64,000 bases of DNA, taken from contig NC_091287.1 of NCBI RefSeq assembly GCF_032444005.1, positions 459,482,001-459,546,000 of the forward strand, read 5' to 3'. Source of the DNA: Ranitomeya imitator (taxonomy: Eukaryota). The notes under the pieces were generated by a model, which worked only from the letters and a program-made list of their open reading frames with translations, did no database searches and was not told where the DNA came from. A program made the translations under genes and the position numbers. Positions 12,818 through 25,838 of this stretch are shown in pieces (positions within the stretch are counted from its first letter, which is position 1; every line of letters starts with the position of its first letter).

Positions 12818-13170
12818 AAATGTAAAAGGCTGTCCGGCACTATGATACTGATGGCGGCTTATCAATAGGATAGGTCATCAACGTCAGATTGGTGAGGGTG
12901 CGACACCCGGCTGATCAGCTGTTCCTGGTCGTACGTGCTCAGTAGCGGAGCATTGCAGCACGGCTCCGTCACCGCTATAGCGGCTGCAGCAGGGTACTGC
13001 AGAACCTCTTCTATTCATTCAAATAGGGGCAGATGTGGGCAGAGATCTGCAACTGAGCACATACAGCCAACACCGGGAACGGCTGATCAGCGGGGGTGTC
13101 GCACCCCCATCCATCTAAGATTGAGGACCTATCCTAAAGATATCACAGTATTCACCCTAGACAAGGTCAT
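12818..13170. mobile_element. Degenerate palindromic MITE (TTAA/T2-type)
   Basis: Inverted arms (GATAGGTCATCAA...GGGTGCGACACCC versus GGGTGTCGCACCC...GAGGACCTATC). Confidence 0.55.
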
Positions 13171-13247
13171 CTCTTCGTTCAGACATAATGGCCGCCAGAC
13201 TTTTTTGGGTTCACGCACTTTGAGCAGGAGCTAATCTGCAGTTTTCA

Positions 13248-13480
13248 ATAACGGCCACCCCGCCGATAACGGCCGCCCCGCCATCAACGGCCGCCCCGCC
13301 ATCAACGGCCGCCCCGCCATCAACGGCCACCCTGCCATCAACGGCCGCCCCGCGATCAACGGCCGCCCCGCCATCAACAGCCACCCCGCCATCAACAGCC
13401 CCCCCGCCATCAACAGCCCCCCCGCCATCAACGGCCGCCCCGCCATCAACGGCCAACACGGCATCTACAGCCACCCCGCC
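13248..13480. repeat. GC-rich 18-bp minisatellite, ~12 copies
   Basis: Unit AACGGCCGCCCCGCCATC; source of the VDGGAA / PLMAGR ORFs. Confidence 0.93.
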
Positions 13481-13886
13481 ATGTAGGGGGCTGTGCTGTT
13501 TAGTGCTTTTCCCTGACTACAAGCAGCCGTTGGCAGAGCTGATATTATCTGATTGCTGGAGCTGCCGGGTGTCGGACCCCCATTGATTTGATATTGATGA
13601 CCTATGCAGGGAAACGTTTCAATATCTTTAGCCTGGAAAATTCCTTTAGGTCAGTTATGGCAAGTAAAACAAATGTAACCCTTCCGTTAATGTTGATGTC
13701 TCACTGCCCATCGGGTCTGACATCTGCCATTTAAAAATCAATACTAGCTGACCCCGACCTAAGGCGGTGCATGAAGGGAAGCCTAATAAATTAAATAGTG
13801 TTAATTAAATATTACTTGGATTTATAGGGCTCTGACAGATGAAACTACTACATAAAAAGAAAAGGCTTTAAATATTTTTGTGCATG

Positions 13887-14232
13887 GCACTAAGAACTAA
13901 CAGGCAGGTATATGCTGTAACTATCTGCCTGTTCTGCCCTGTGACGTTTTCTGCCGGATTGGAGCGATCATGGGTCGATGCCGATTTCTCTGCTACTGAT
14001 GTCACGTTGACAGGGCAGCATCTTCTCTTCCACTCTGCGGACGGATTGCCTCTGCCTATGTCATGCTGACTGACAGCTGGTTATTTACTGCCTAAATACG
14101 GGGAGCCGGCTGTCAATCAGCATGATGTCAGCAGTGATGCCCCATCGACAGAGCAAAGCAGAAGATGAAGAGCTGCTCTGTTGATGAGAGGTGAAAACAG
14201 GCAGATAGCAACTACTTGCCTGCTAGTTCTTA
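13887..14232. mobile_element. Degenerate palindromic MITE
   Basis: CTAAGAACTAACAGGCAGGTA...CTATCTGCCTGTT mirrored by AACAGGCAGATAG...TTGCCTGCTAGTTCTTAG. Confidence 0.55.
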
Positions 14233-15594
14233 GCCCCATAGGCAAAAATAATAAAAGGCGGCTGACTCGAGAAAGACACCGAAGTCTTGGATAGAGGGAG
14301 CAGTTATGTATTTTTTTTTTTTAACTGTCAGAGGGGAGAGTGTCTGGTGGCGGCTTTTCTCCCCTGAAAGGATCAGACATATATATTCCAAATGAACGAT
14401 CCTAATCTCCCTGACATCTGTCGGAGAAGAGTCAGGAGCCCCCATTCACATCAGATTGTGTTAGGATCAGTCAACTTATTAAGTGTTTATGGGGGTCTAC
14501 AGCGAGGTGCTTGGTGGTCTTTAGAAACATGCAGCATAACTTTCCTTCATCATGGACTGTAAAAATGAATGAATACCGCCACCTTGCACCCGATATACCC
14601 GATCAGCCATTCTCTGTGATGCCTGCTCAAGCTTACTGTTTATGAGCGATCACAATGTGTCAGCTTTGACTAAAATGACATAAATTGTATCATTTAACGT
14701 GACACAAATGTAACAATGATGAGGAGCATGCAGTAAGCAGGTAGGTGAGCGTCAGATCAGGTCTGACACTGGGAAAAAGCCACAAGGAAATCTGCTGACT
14801 AGGCGAAACAATGCTAAGCTTCTGGTGCGCTTCTCTTTTGGGTTTTGGCACGGGAACTTTTCAGGTTTTACCTATGGATTTGTTCCACCAACTTCCGATA
14901 CATTGTACTAAGGAATATAAAGACTCGGTGAACCCAGCAGGGCGCCCCCTGCAGCCCCGACCTGGTGATGGTACGGTAGGAAACGCACAGCAATACTGAA
15001 CCCAGGTGAGGCAGGTCATGTTTCTGCACATGCATGCTCAATCTCCTTCCATCTGTGGGAAACTGACACAGAATTCAGCTTCTTTCATACTGACCACAGA
15101 CTTTGGGGTGAGTGACCATGCCGGAAATATCACTACTTGGATAGGGAACAGGTACTAGGCACTGCCATCCTTTGAATTCGTGTGGTTGTGCCGGAAGTCT
15201 CGGATCTTGTAGGACAGGACTATAGGTTTGACTAATTAGTAGAAGCTCAATAGATGCTGCAAAGACTGGAAGCCAGAAAACATTACACCAGGAGACCACC
15301 ATTTTAACCGAAAGAGAATAATACTGGAAAGGAGACCGGTCAACCATGTATTATAGGGATTTTCTGCATTTTCTTTGGTAGGTCATCAATTTCCGATCAT
15401 GGCCAGAATCATGGTAGAATTGAAAAATCCGGCACAACCATATTTTAAAATCCATTAAAAACATTAGAGCCGAAAAATAATCAAAAACCTGTAGTGTTTC
15501 TGGCGCACACAGGCGGCCATAGTCATAGGATATAGAGTCACGGGAGCAGAATCTAAATAACAATAATGGAATAATGATGGCATTATGGAAGAAA

Positions 15595-16330
15595 CAGATA
15601 CATCAGCATATATCCTAATCAATAAATACAGAGCAGATCATTATTATATATCCTAATCAATAAATATAGAGCAGATCATTATTATATATCCTAATCAATA
15701 AATATAGAGCAGATCATTATTATATATCCTAATCAATATAGAGCAGATCATTATTATATATCCGAATCAATAAATATAGAGCAGATCATTATTATATATC
15801 CTAATCAATATAGAGCAGATCATTATTATATATCCGAATCAATAAATATAGAGCAGATCATTATTATATATCCTAATCAATAAATATAGAGCAGATCATT
15901 ATTATATATCCTAATCAATATAGAGCAGATCATTATTATATATCCGAATCAATAAATATAGAGCAGATCATTATTATATATCCTAATCAATATAGAGCAG
16001 ATCATTATTATATATCCGAATCAATAAATATAGAGCAGATCATTATTATATATCCTAATCAATATAGAGCAGATCATTATTATATATCCGAATCAATAAA
16101 TATAGAGCAGATCATTATTATATATCCTAATCAATAAATATAGAGCAGATCATTATTATATATCCTAATCAATATAGAGCAGATCATTATTATATATCCG
16201 AATCAATAAATATTTGGTAGATCATTATTATATATCCTAGTCAATAAATATAGAACAGATAATTTTTATAAATACTAATCAATTTAAAATACATAATTTG
16301 TATTTACATAGTCAATAAATATAGGGCAGA
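15595..16330. repeat. AT-rich ~38-bp minisatellite (34-40 bp variants), ~19 copies
   Basis: Unit ATATATCCTAATCAATAAATATAGAGCAGATCATTATT. Confidence 0.95.
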
Positions 16331-16411
16331 TCGGTTTTATTATTCATAAGTCAGTTGCTTTTGCCAATACCTCCCCTTATAGGATGTATCACTTTTTCAA
16401 TGCCATAAAAG

Positions 16412-16620
16412 CATAGTAACATAGTAACATAGTAACATAGTAACATAGTTAGTAAGGCCGAAAAAAGACATTTGTCCATCCAGTTCAGCCTATATTCCAT
16501 CATAATAAATCCCCAGATCTACGTCCTTCTACAGAACCTAATAATTGTATGATACAATATTGTTCTGCTCCAGGAAGACATCCAGGCCTCTCTTGAACCC
16601 CTCGACTGAGTTCGCCATCA
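16412..16620 (-). mobile_element. CR1 LINE 3' end fragment
   Basis: (CATAGTAA)4 tail on the plus strand followed by the reverse complement of a CR1 3' UTR and ORF2 end (GACATCCAGGCCTCTCTTGAAC). Confidence 0.85.
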
Positions 16621-17129
16621 TCATTCGCAAGCACAATTGCAAAGTATCGCCGTTATAAGCTGTAATCACAGAATAAGTGCTATGGCTGCTGTGTACATTA
16701 GCGAGGTGCTCAGCGATGCCTTCCTTTAATGTTCTGGTTGTACAGCCGATGTAGCGTAAGTTACACTCAATGTAAGAGACACTATGGTGGGAATCAGTAA
16801 GATAAATGTGTCAGTGTTAGGTTCTGCACCATGTGGCGATGTAAAACAAAGATGTAGACATCGCACCTATTGAATATCTGATCATGTGTGTCCACACCTC
16901 GCACCCAACCGATCACCTGTTTTTTTTAGATCCAGCAGTGGCCAGATGTAAGTGATGAAATGAACTGGGACAGCACAGCGCCACTCAATGTGTGGTGGGC
17001 ATTCACAGATACTGCAGATCAATTCCTACTTGCTGCAAATGGAGCTGAGCCACCGCGCCAGTGAACGGCCAGTAGACCGCATACGGAGCTGTGCCATTTT
17101 TCATCGGCCACTGTTGGAGATAACACAGC

Positions 17130-17440
17130 TGGTCTGTGGGGCTGCCGTGGTGTGGATCCCCCACGATCTGATATTGATGGTCTATCCTATGTATGGGCCA
17201 GCCTTTAGTAATATGGTTGGCATCTACAAAGGTCCGAGCAATTCCTCGCTACATACGATGGCTGTGAGCCACTTCCCCGCGTCACTCTTCCGGAGTTGGA
17301 GGGTTGACAGATTTCCGGTGCCACAAGTTAATAGCCTTCACAGCTTGTAGAAGGTGGCGTGTAAGGGATTTTTGATATGGGGATTGGGACACGTGCAGCC
17401 TAAAGAGCAGAGTGCCCTCCGAGGTGTTAGGAGTCTGACC
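17130..17440 (-). mobile_element. Old L1-clade ORF2 C-terminal remnant
   Basis: Minus-strand reading TLLFRLHVSQSPYQKSLTRHLLQAVKAINLWHRKSVNPPTPEE*RGEVAHSHRM*RGIART...KGWP resembles the L1 ORF2 tail; in-frame stops at positions where W and E would be expected. Confidence 0.55.
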
Positions 17441-17703
17441 GTCTCTCACGTCACGTATAACGAGAAGGACAGTGTTACAGATTCCTCTGAGGTAAGCGCC
17501 ACATTGCCGAGGGGTCGTACCACGGAGAACACAGCACCAACGCTCTAGAATTGTGATCAGGTTCTCCTCACTTACCAGTATGACATGCTAATCCATGGTA
17601 TACCAGTCATATACCACACTAATATGGCTGCATAATGAAATACGAGAATATTGAAAAAATGACACTACACAAAAACAAAGCCAAAAAAAGGTGATTTCCT
17701 CAC

Positions 17704-17822
17704 CAGGTTGGTGGAAGCTCGGTGACAGTTCTCGCGCCACAGCCCTGGCAATGTCAGACTCCTGGCGTGCAGCTTGGCTAGCCTGGTCAGCAGCATCCCC
17801 CTTGGCACGAGCATGAGCTGTC
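17704..17822 (-). CDS. jph1: Junctophilin-1 internal coding exon (exon 3 equivalent; alpha-helical region)
   Basis: Acceptor TTTCTCCTCTGTTGTAG and donor GTGAGG bracket 119 nt encoding (R)[39 protein letters not shown](G). This closely matches JPH1 [41 protein letters not shown] as recalled, and matches it better than JPH2 or JPH3. Phase 2 in, phase 1 out. Confidence 0.92.
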
Positions 17823-19694
17823 CTACAACAGAGGAGAAATGTGGTTATCGAAGGCATGGCAGCCTGAGGGTTACGTAGAGCGCACGTCCACACTCCTTCA
17901 TGGCTTTACCAGGTGACAAGTACAGGAAAACAAACAGTCAGCTCAGAAAGATGACAAAGGACAGATGTCACCGGTGTGTGACGGGAACAAACAGGAGATT
18001 GTGTGCAGAGGACCTGGTCAACATACATGACCGAAGCCATCACAGGGACGTGACCATCCAGAGGCTGAGAACTCGTGGTAGACACCTGGGTGTGTTCCTC
18101 CATTACTCTCACCACAAATATACCTCACGGACACGTCATAAAGATATCTGCTGGAATTTCCCCTAAAGGAGGACCTGATAATGAATGCCAGGATTACTTT
18201 GTAAGGCAGAGGAACATCCGGCCCACATCTGAGCATAATGGCTGAGGCTGGGCATATACCTCAGGCCGTGCTTTCTGAAAGATGCTTAGGTTGGAAAATA
18301 CCATTCTGATATCAATGTAAATGGGGTCTGACTGCTGGGAACAGGACCACTGTCCTTCATATCTAGTCACTTTCAATTACTTTTTACATGTTATGATTAA
18401 TTTGTAGATATAATGACAACAAGTGAACAGAATAGAACAGAATCAGAATCACATGGAATATCAAAACTACACCGGGGTTATTCTTAGTGCACATTTATGG
18501 TTTGCTCTTTCCATTACAGAAATATCATTTGCTTGGATTAAAGGGACGGTTGCATCTTCTGTCTTCAGGAGCACGTCGCTCCTCTGCCTCTTGGCTTCCT
18601 GGAGGGCGACGTGCTCCTGAGAATTCTCAGTTCAGTCCAGCAGCATCAATACGTCATTGGCCAAAAGGCTCCCATGCTACAACATCAGAGGACCAGACAC
18701 CGAAGCAAGTCGTTTTGAACAATATGGCCATCTAAAAAGCAGTGCTTGCCAGCTGTATTACAAAAAGATAGCTTGGTCCGTAATCATGAGTCTGGCCACC
18801 GCTAATAAGCTGCAGAGGTGGCCGGTATCCAAGTCAACGAGTTGTAAACAAAGGAATTAAAAATTCCTCCTGGTCTTGAGAATAGAAAGGATTTCAATAA
18901 GAGGTCAATTGTAAAGTTGTTTGTTTTCACAAGCATTTTGGAATTCTACCCATTTGATAAGGTGAGAAAACCTGTAAGTCAGGGGCATTCATTTTTAGAA
19001 GTTTTCATGATGACACCAATCTTTATATTTGAAAGGGGAAAATCAATTCCTCTATTTCCTGTTAGTAATGAATTAAAAAAAAAATAATTTATTTAAAAAC
19101 TTGACTGTACCCCTGTATTTGTGTCTTTTCATATCCACACAGTCCAGACCAAGCAATAATTTCAATTCGTAAATAATGGCTGCTCTGCCCGTGGTTTCTT
19201 GTGGCATGTGAGGGCTACAACATGGTGTAGTCTCCTTTGATCCTTGACACTTCGATCTCGAGTGATCACTGCATCACAATAACTCCCAATTAATGACCTT
19301 TTGATCTGCAACAAATTCATCACAGGATTTCTGCCTCTTATAAAGTCGTCTTTGGTTGTTTAGTTAATTTTCCCGATCTTGTTTTAAACAGATTCTTCAA
19401 ATGCGACTTTTTAACAACTTGGCAAAATTTTGCACAAATGTACTTTGCCTACCCGAGTGATTCATTTGAACAATAGGATTTTTTTTGCACAAATGTTGCG
19501 GGTTTTTTTGTGGTACGTGCAATTTTTTTTTGCTCTGAAAAGCAAAAGACAAAAAAAAGAAAAAAATGTTTTGATTAAAATTAATTAATCGTGTGCTCTA
19601 TTTTGAAAGACCTGGAGCAAAAACAGCAACAAATATCACAAGACCAAAAAAAAAAAAAAAGTAATCTGGTAAAATTGTACAAATTGTGAGTTAA

Positions 19695-19963
19695 GGGTAT
19701 GGGTGGGGGCCAATATCTGCCATTAGCTCCGACTGTGGGAGCGCTCTGAATATGTAAGACATAAATTGGCAAGCTGGGTGTGATGCTGATTCACTGCATC
19801 CAATATGTCGCATGTCCGTCTCCGCAGGTGAGCCACAGGAGTCTGACGAAGAGTAGTGGGCTTGAGATTTCTTGAGATCCCATCCATTATGGTGTAACAT
19901 CTGGACACTGCACAAGTACTCAGCGTCCAACCTGCAGCGTTTACTGATCGTCTGCACATGCCC
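19695..19963. mobile_element. Degenerate PIF/Harbinger-type MITE
   Basis: GGGTATG...GCACATGCCC with TAA on both sides. Confidence 0.65.
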
Positions 19964-20728
19964 TAAGCATTTTCAATACACATATTCCAGGGTTTAGGGT
20001 GATTTTACACAGCTTGGCATTCATCTTGAAAGGACATCCGGGAGGAGCAGTGTAAGAAGATTGCTGCTCACACCAATCTGCATGGATTTAAACCACAGCT
20101 CAAATTGCTTGGCCGTCTACTATCTTTTCAGTGCTGGACCTATAGAATAATAGTCTTAATTTTTTTGCCTAAATTTTGCAATTTTCAAATTGCTCTTATT
20201 TGTTTCCGGCTCTTCATTACATTACTGGTAAAATACTGAAACATTTCTGTGACGTCAACTGACATATTGGTTGCTTGCTGCATGATAACTAGCCTGTTTT
20301 TTTCAGGAAAACAATCTGGACTTCTTGGAATCGTGTTTGACAGTGAACAGCTGACATCTCAGCTTTTCTGATGTATAACCTGCTAGCTGACAGTACACAA
20401 TGGGAAGAGCACACCCCGCCAAATGCTCACGAAGAACAATTAAAGGGACGGCACCAAATGTCAGCCAACATTTCCTGCTTCACTCTGCACCGTGTGCATG
20501 TCCGAGAGGTAATGACATGGCGTCAGCTGCCTACCATGTCCCAAGTCACGGCGTGCACCACAACCAGATTAGCACCCTGAAATTGTAATGCACAGTATTC
20601 TATAAGACCGATGTATACAGGAGCTATGTATTCAGCAGCCACCTTATTAAAGGCTTAATGACCTGGAGAGTCTTTTTTTTTCTTCATTGTCAAAAGACGC
20701 ATCACTTTTTTATTAATCAATCAATATA

Positions 20729-22070
20729 CAGTGGCATATAAAAGTTTGTGCACCCCTGGTCAAAATTACTGTTATTGTGAACAGTTAAGCAAATTGAAGG
20801 TCCAATGATCTCTAAAGTTAAAGATGATAAATTTCCTTAGTATTTCAGATGAAACAAAAATATATTTTCAACTTTTACATTTTAAAAACTACAAAAAGGA
20901 AAATGGGCCAATGCAAAAGTTTGGGCACCCTGCATGGTTAGTACCAAGTAGAACCCCCCTTTGCAAGTATCACAGCTTGTAAACACTTTTTGTAGCCAGG
21001 CAAGAGTCTTTCAATTCTTGTTTGAGTGATTTTCATCCATTCCTCCTTGGAAAATTCTTCCAGTTCTGTGCGATTCCTGGGTCGTCTTGCATGCTCTGCT
21101 ATTTTGAGATCTAGCCACAGATTTTCAATGATGTTCAAGTCAGGGGACTGTGAGGGCCGTTGTAAAAGCTTCAGCTTGAGGCATTTGAGGTCGTCTATTA
21201 TGGATTTTGATGTGTGTTTAGGATCATTAGCCATTTGTAGAAGCCATCCTCTTTTCAACTTCAGCTATTTTACAGATAATGCTATGTTTGCATCAAGAAC
21301 TCGTTGAAATTTCATTGAATCCATTCTTCCCTCTACCCATGAAATGTTCCTGGTGCCATTGGCTAAAACACAACCCCAAAACATGATTGGTCCACACCCA
21401 TGTTAAATTGTTGGAGATATGTTTTTTTCCTGAAATTCTGTGCTCTTTTTTCTTCACACACCTTTGATCATTGTGGCCAAAGAGTTCTATTTTAACCTCA
21501 TTGGTCCACAGGACTGATGAGGACACATGAGAGGTTTTCTTCTGAGGACTCTTCTATGAAGGCCATATTTGTGCAGGTGTCTCCGAGAAGTAGAACAATG
21601 TACCACAATTCCTAGAGTATTGTCTTGGCCTCCCCTGTTCCCGCCATTTCTTAATTACATTTCAAACGGAGGAAAGGGCAATTTGAAAATGCTTTGCTGT
21701 CTTCTTACAGCCTTCTCCTGCTTTGTGGGCCTCCATCATTTTCGTTTTCACATTGCCAGGCAGCTGCTTAGAAGAACCCATGGTTGCTGTTTGACACAAG
21801 GTTAGAGGAGGCTGGATTTTTATAAAGGTTGGAAATTTGCATCACCTGGCCTTTCCCAGCGATGATAGTGAACAAGTCATAACCCTAACACACAAATCCA
21901 CACTTTTGCATTGGATCATTTTCATCATTTTTTGCAATTTTTAAAATGTAAAAAAATGACAATTGTTTTTGTTGCCTAAAATACCAAGGAGATGTGTCAT
22001 CTTTAACTTTAGACGTTTAAGAGATCATATCATCTTCAACCTGCTTAACTGTCTACAATAACAGTAATTT
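20729..22070 (-). mobile_element. Internally deleted Tc1 transposon
   Basis: TA-CAGTGGCATATAAAAGTTTG left TIR; minus-strand remnants LWTNEVKIELFGHND, NDPKH, SQSPDLNIIENLW and VILAKGGSTWY; right IR lacks its tip. Confidence 0.88.
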
Positions 22071-24536
22071 ACGATACAATTTCATGGAAAATGGAGAGAT
22101 AAATTCCGTCATTTTACAAAACATTCCTGATTCCTTTACTTTTTGTTTTTACGTTGTTTATTGTGAGGGCAAAATGACCTGGCAACATGATCCTCCAGGT
22201 CAGTACAAGTAAGGTGATTCCAAACTTGTACAGTTTTTATTATTTATTATTTTAATGGTGAAAAATTAGGACATTTGTAAAAAAAAAAAAATAAAAAAAA
22301 AATGTATGCAACCATTTTCTGAGACTCAAATTTTGTTTTTAACCTTTATATTAATCAACCAGGTTGAGTGCTTATCTTGATACTATTTTGTGATAAAAAT
22401 GACATTAACATCACTTTTTACTGAATTTTATTTGGGGGGGAGGGGAGTGGAATATTCAAAAATAGCAATTCTGGCATTAGGATTTTTTTTTTATTCTGTG
22501 TTTAATGCACAGTTTATAGAATTTTATATTTTGGTATACCAGATTTTATTGGACAACACTATACCAAATTTGTTTTCTTTTTTTTTTTTTTTTTACTTTT
22601 TGTTTATTTTTGATGGAGGACATATTTTAATTTTTTTTTTTACCATATTCCAGGATATAGTGGCATTGTGGCTCCCCTTTGTATTTCAGCCTATGGGCGC
22701 CGAATAACATGGATGACGATTGCATTGCAATGCTCGGACTGGCCGGCAGCTCTCCTGACCCGAGCGTGACACCATGTATTTCAATGCAATGTCATGCTTC
22801 GGTCAGGAGAGCCGCCGATCAGTCCGTGCACTGCGATACAATCATCGTCCGTATTATACGGCCATCTGACTGCACCCTACGGTTGAGCATCACAGCAGTA
22901 TCCAGATGGCAGTAAAGTGGGGATGCAGCAAGCCCCCGGCTGCCATCTAATACATCGGTTCCTCGTTATCACGCTACGCTGGGCCAAGGGTAGTCGCTAC
23001 ATGCGTGAACCGGCAATAATGTCACTTAAGTGCTGTAGCCAGACATTGACAGCGGCATTTAAGTGGTAAAACAGCAGCGATCAGAGTTAATTCCAGGCAC
23101 ATGCTGACTAGCTAACATGGCCGGCATCCCTAACAGGTAACCCCCACATGTATTCAAGCTGTCTAGCAGCCGCAAACCATGCAGCTGTGTCGACAAACTA
23201 AATCCCCAAGCACGCCGAAATACTCGGAGACCACCGGAGCAACGAGTATACTCGCTTATCACTACTAAAAACCTTTCAGGACGGGTTATTGAGGGGGTTA
23301 ACAGGAAGCGGCTTTTTTACACTTTCATTTCACCAGTGACTGGAGTTTTATAGGGAATGTCCACCTTTAATGATCACCTTACAGGTAATTTTGCTTGGCA
23401 TGATTATTCATCTACTTTTTTTTTTTTTTTTTTTTAACACTGTCCTTGCTTAAATTGCTATTTTAGGGGGTGGGGGGGGGGGGGATCAGGGCGAGCAATC
23501 AAAGATGAAACTTGCACAACGATGGGGTACGTTTCATAAAGTCAATGTCGTTGACTTGCAGACCCACCTCCGTTCTGAAGGAGCGGCCACCACGGCAAAT
23601 CCGTCAGTGGGATGTGACATTCAGCAAAATACTTTTATATAATAATGTGGTGGAATAAAAACACAGGGACGCAACATGTAAAAAATGTATCGTAATGCAC
23701 CTCAGAATAAAGGCGCAGTCAGGATTTTCACGTGCCCCTTATGCAGTGGAAATGAAGCGGCGGTCCCTGGCAGATTTCATCAGTTCTGCTATAGCAGGGG
23801 TGATATCTGTGATGAATGCATAGTGATATTCACATGGATTATATGCGGATTGGCCGCAGAGTCCGTGTGCATCTGTACTGAGATTCAGGGTAGAACCTGT
23901 CTGTGGAGTTATGAATGAGCGGCATTAACACTTCTGCTGGTTATTCCGTGAAGCGGCTCCGCAGAGTTCCCGGGACAGTTAATATTTCATACATGAAATC
24001 ACTGCACGGTGTCTGATGTGAGCGTGTGTCACCTGGAAAATGGTGTGGAGACGCTAAGGCCCCAATCATCAGGAGTAAGGTGCGCTACATTCAATAAAGA
24101 GGTTGTCCACTTGTCGTGTTAGTGCAGCTTTCCTCACACACTGACCGGCTCTCCTGTCCATAATGTCCGCTGGTGGAGGAGATAGAATAATGCTTTCCCA
24201 TGTGAGCAGTGTTAGTTGGGATTAGCTGAGGCCGATCACATGCTCCTCCACCTGCGGCCATGTTATGGACTGGAGAGCTCTGCAGTCTGAGGGGAAAGCT
24301 GCACTAACAAGATAAAGGGGCCTTCCCAAAAAGACTCTCGCCTCTTAATGGATGTGGCGCATCTTTCAGCAGACTGTGGTACAAGAGACTACATTTCTGA
24401 GGTAATTTATGGCACTTTTTTGGCGTAAGTTATAATGAATGTATAATGTCCCCACTTGGTCAGAGCCACCTAGGACTGTGCAAAGTCGCAAACAATTACA
24501 TCAGCACTCTGGTGAAAACTGATGAATCAACCCTTA

Positions 24537-24923
24537 GGGTATGTGCACACGTTGCGGATTCTTTGCGGATCCGCAGCGTTTTTTGAGGTGCAGAAACGCT
24601 GCAGATCCGCAAATGATTTACAGTACAATGTAAATCAATGAGAAAAAAAACTGTGCACACTTTGCAGAAAATCCGCTGCGGAAACGCTGCGGTTTAAAAG
24701 AAGTAGCATTTCACTACTTTTTTGTGAATCTGCAGCGTTTTTGTACCCATTCCATTAAAGAAAACTACAGGGGTAAAAAACGCAGCAAATCCGCAAGAAA
24801 ACCGCAGCAAAAAACACTGCAGAACCGCACAAAAAACGCAATCCGGAGGTGAGTTTTCTGCCAGGAGAGGCAGAATCCGCACCAGAAATTCCTAAGCCTA
24901 ATCCGCAACGTGTGCACATAGCC
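24537..24923. mobile_element. PIF/Harbinger-type MITE
   Basis: TIRs GGGTATGTGCACACGTTGCGGAT / ATCCGCAACGTGTGCACATAGCC; TTA duplication. Confidence 0.9.
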
Positions 24924-24929
24924 TTAAAG

Positions 24930-25084
24930 TGCCTCTGTAGCTCCTGCGGGCAGTGGCTCTGTAGCTCCTGCGGGCAGTGGCTCTGTAGCTCCTGCGGGCA
25001 GTGGCTCTGTAGCTCCTGCGGGCAGTGGCTCTGTAGCTCCTGCGGGCAGTGGCTCTGTAGCTCCTGCGGGCAGTGGCTCTGTAG
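24930..25084. repeat. 24-bp minisatellite, ~6 copies
   Basis: Unit GTGGCTCTGTAGCTCCTGCGGGCA. Confidence 0.95.
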
Positions 25085-25177
25085 TAAGAGCTGATGATAC
25101 GCCATGAACTGTCGCCGGTCCGTTTTCACCTCTCTGACTGCAGTCATCCACGCTCAGACAGCTACCCGACACATTTA

Positions 25178-25477
25178 GGGTATGTGCACACGCAGCAGTT
25201 TCCCATGTACAATGTAAACCTATGGGAAACAAAAAACGCTGTGCCCATGCCGCGGAAAAAAACGTGCGGAAACGCAGCGTTTTATTTTCCGCAGCATGTC
25301 AATTCTTTGTGCGGAATCCGCAGCGTTTTTACATCTGCTCCAATAGAAAACTGCAGATGTAAAACCGCAGCGGAATCCGCACTAGAAAACGCGATAAATC
25401 CGTAGGAAAAACCGCAGAGGTTTTGCCCTGCAGATTTATCAAATCCGCTGTAGAGCTCTATACGTGTGCACATACCC
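25178..25477. mobile_element. PIF/Harbinger-type MITE
   Basis: TIRs GGGTATGTGCACACG / CGTGTGCACATACCC; TTA duplication. Confidence 0.88.
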
Positions 25478-25838
25478 TTAGGATATTTCACGCACATCCG
25501 GCAGTTCTGGTGTGCACTCAGAATATAATGGAATGATAAGTCAAGCCGTTCCGTGAATACGATGGTGCCATATAATATGGACATACACACTTTAAAGGAG
25601 CATTCTCCTGGAAACGTAGAAAAGTGGAGACATAATTCTCCTATTCATATTTCTACGTATACAGACTTGTAAATTCTACAAGAGGAGCTTGGATACAGAT
25701 TTAGGAAACTTGTAAATTCCTTGCAATAGTTGATAAGTAACATACTTCATATATAGCAGGAGCTGTCCATTTACAGAAAACCCTTCAGAGAAGTATGTCT
25801 GCAGACACTGAAATACACCAGACGGCAACAGAGCGCTC

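Noticed and set aside
19691-19959. Two overlapping coding-looking ORFs
   Set aside because: They lie within a degenerate Harbinger-type MITE with TAA flanks.
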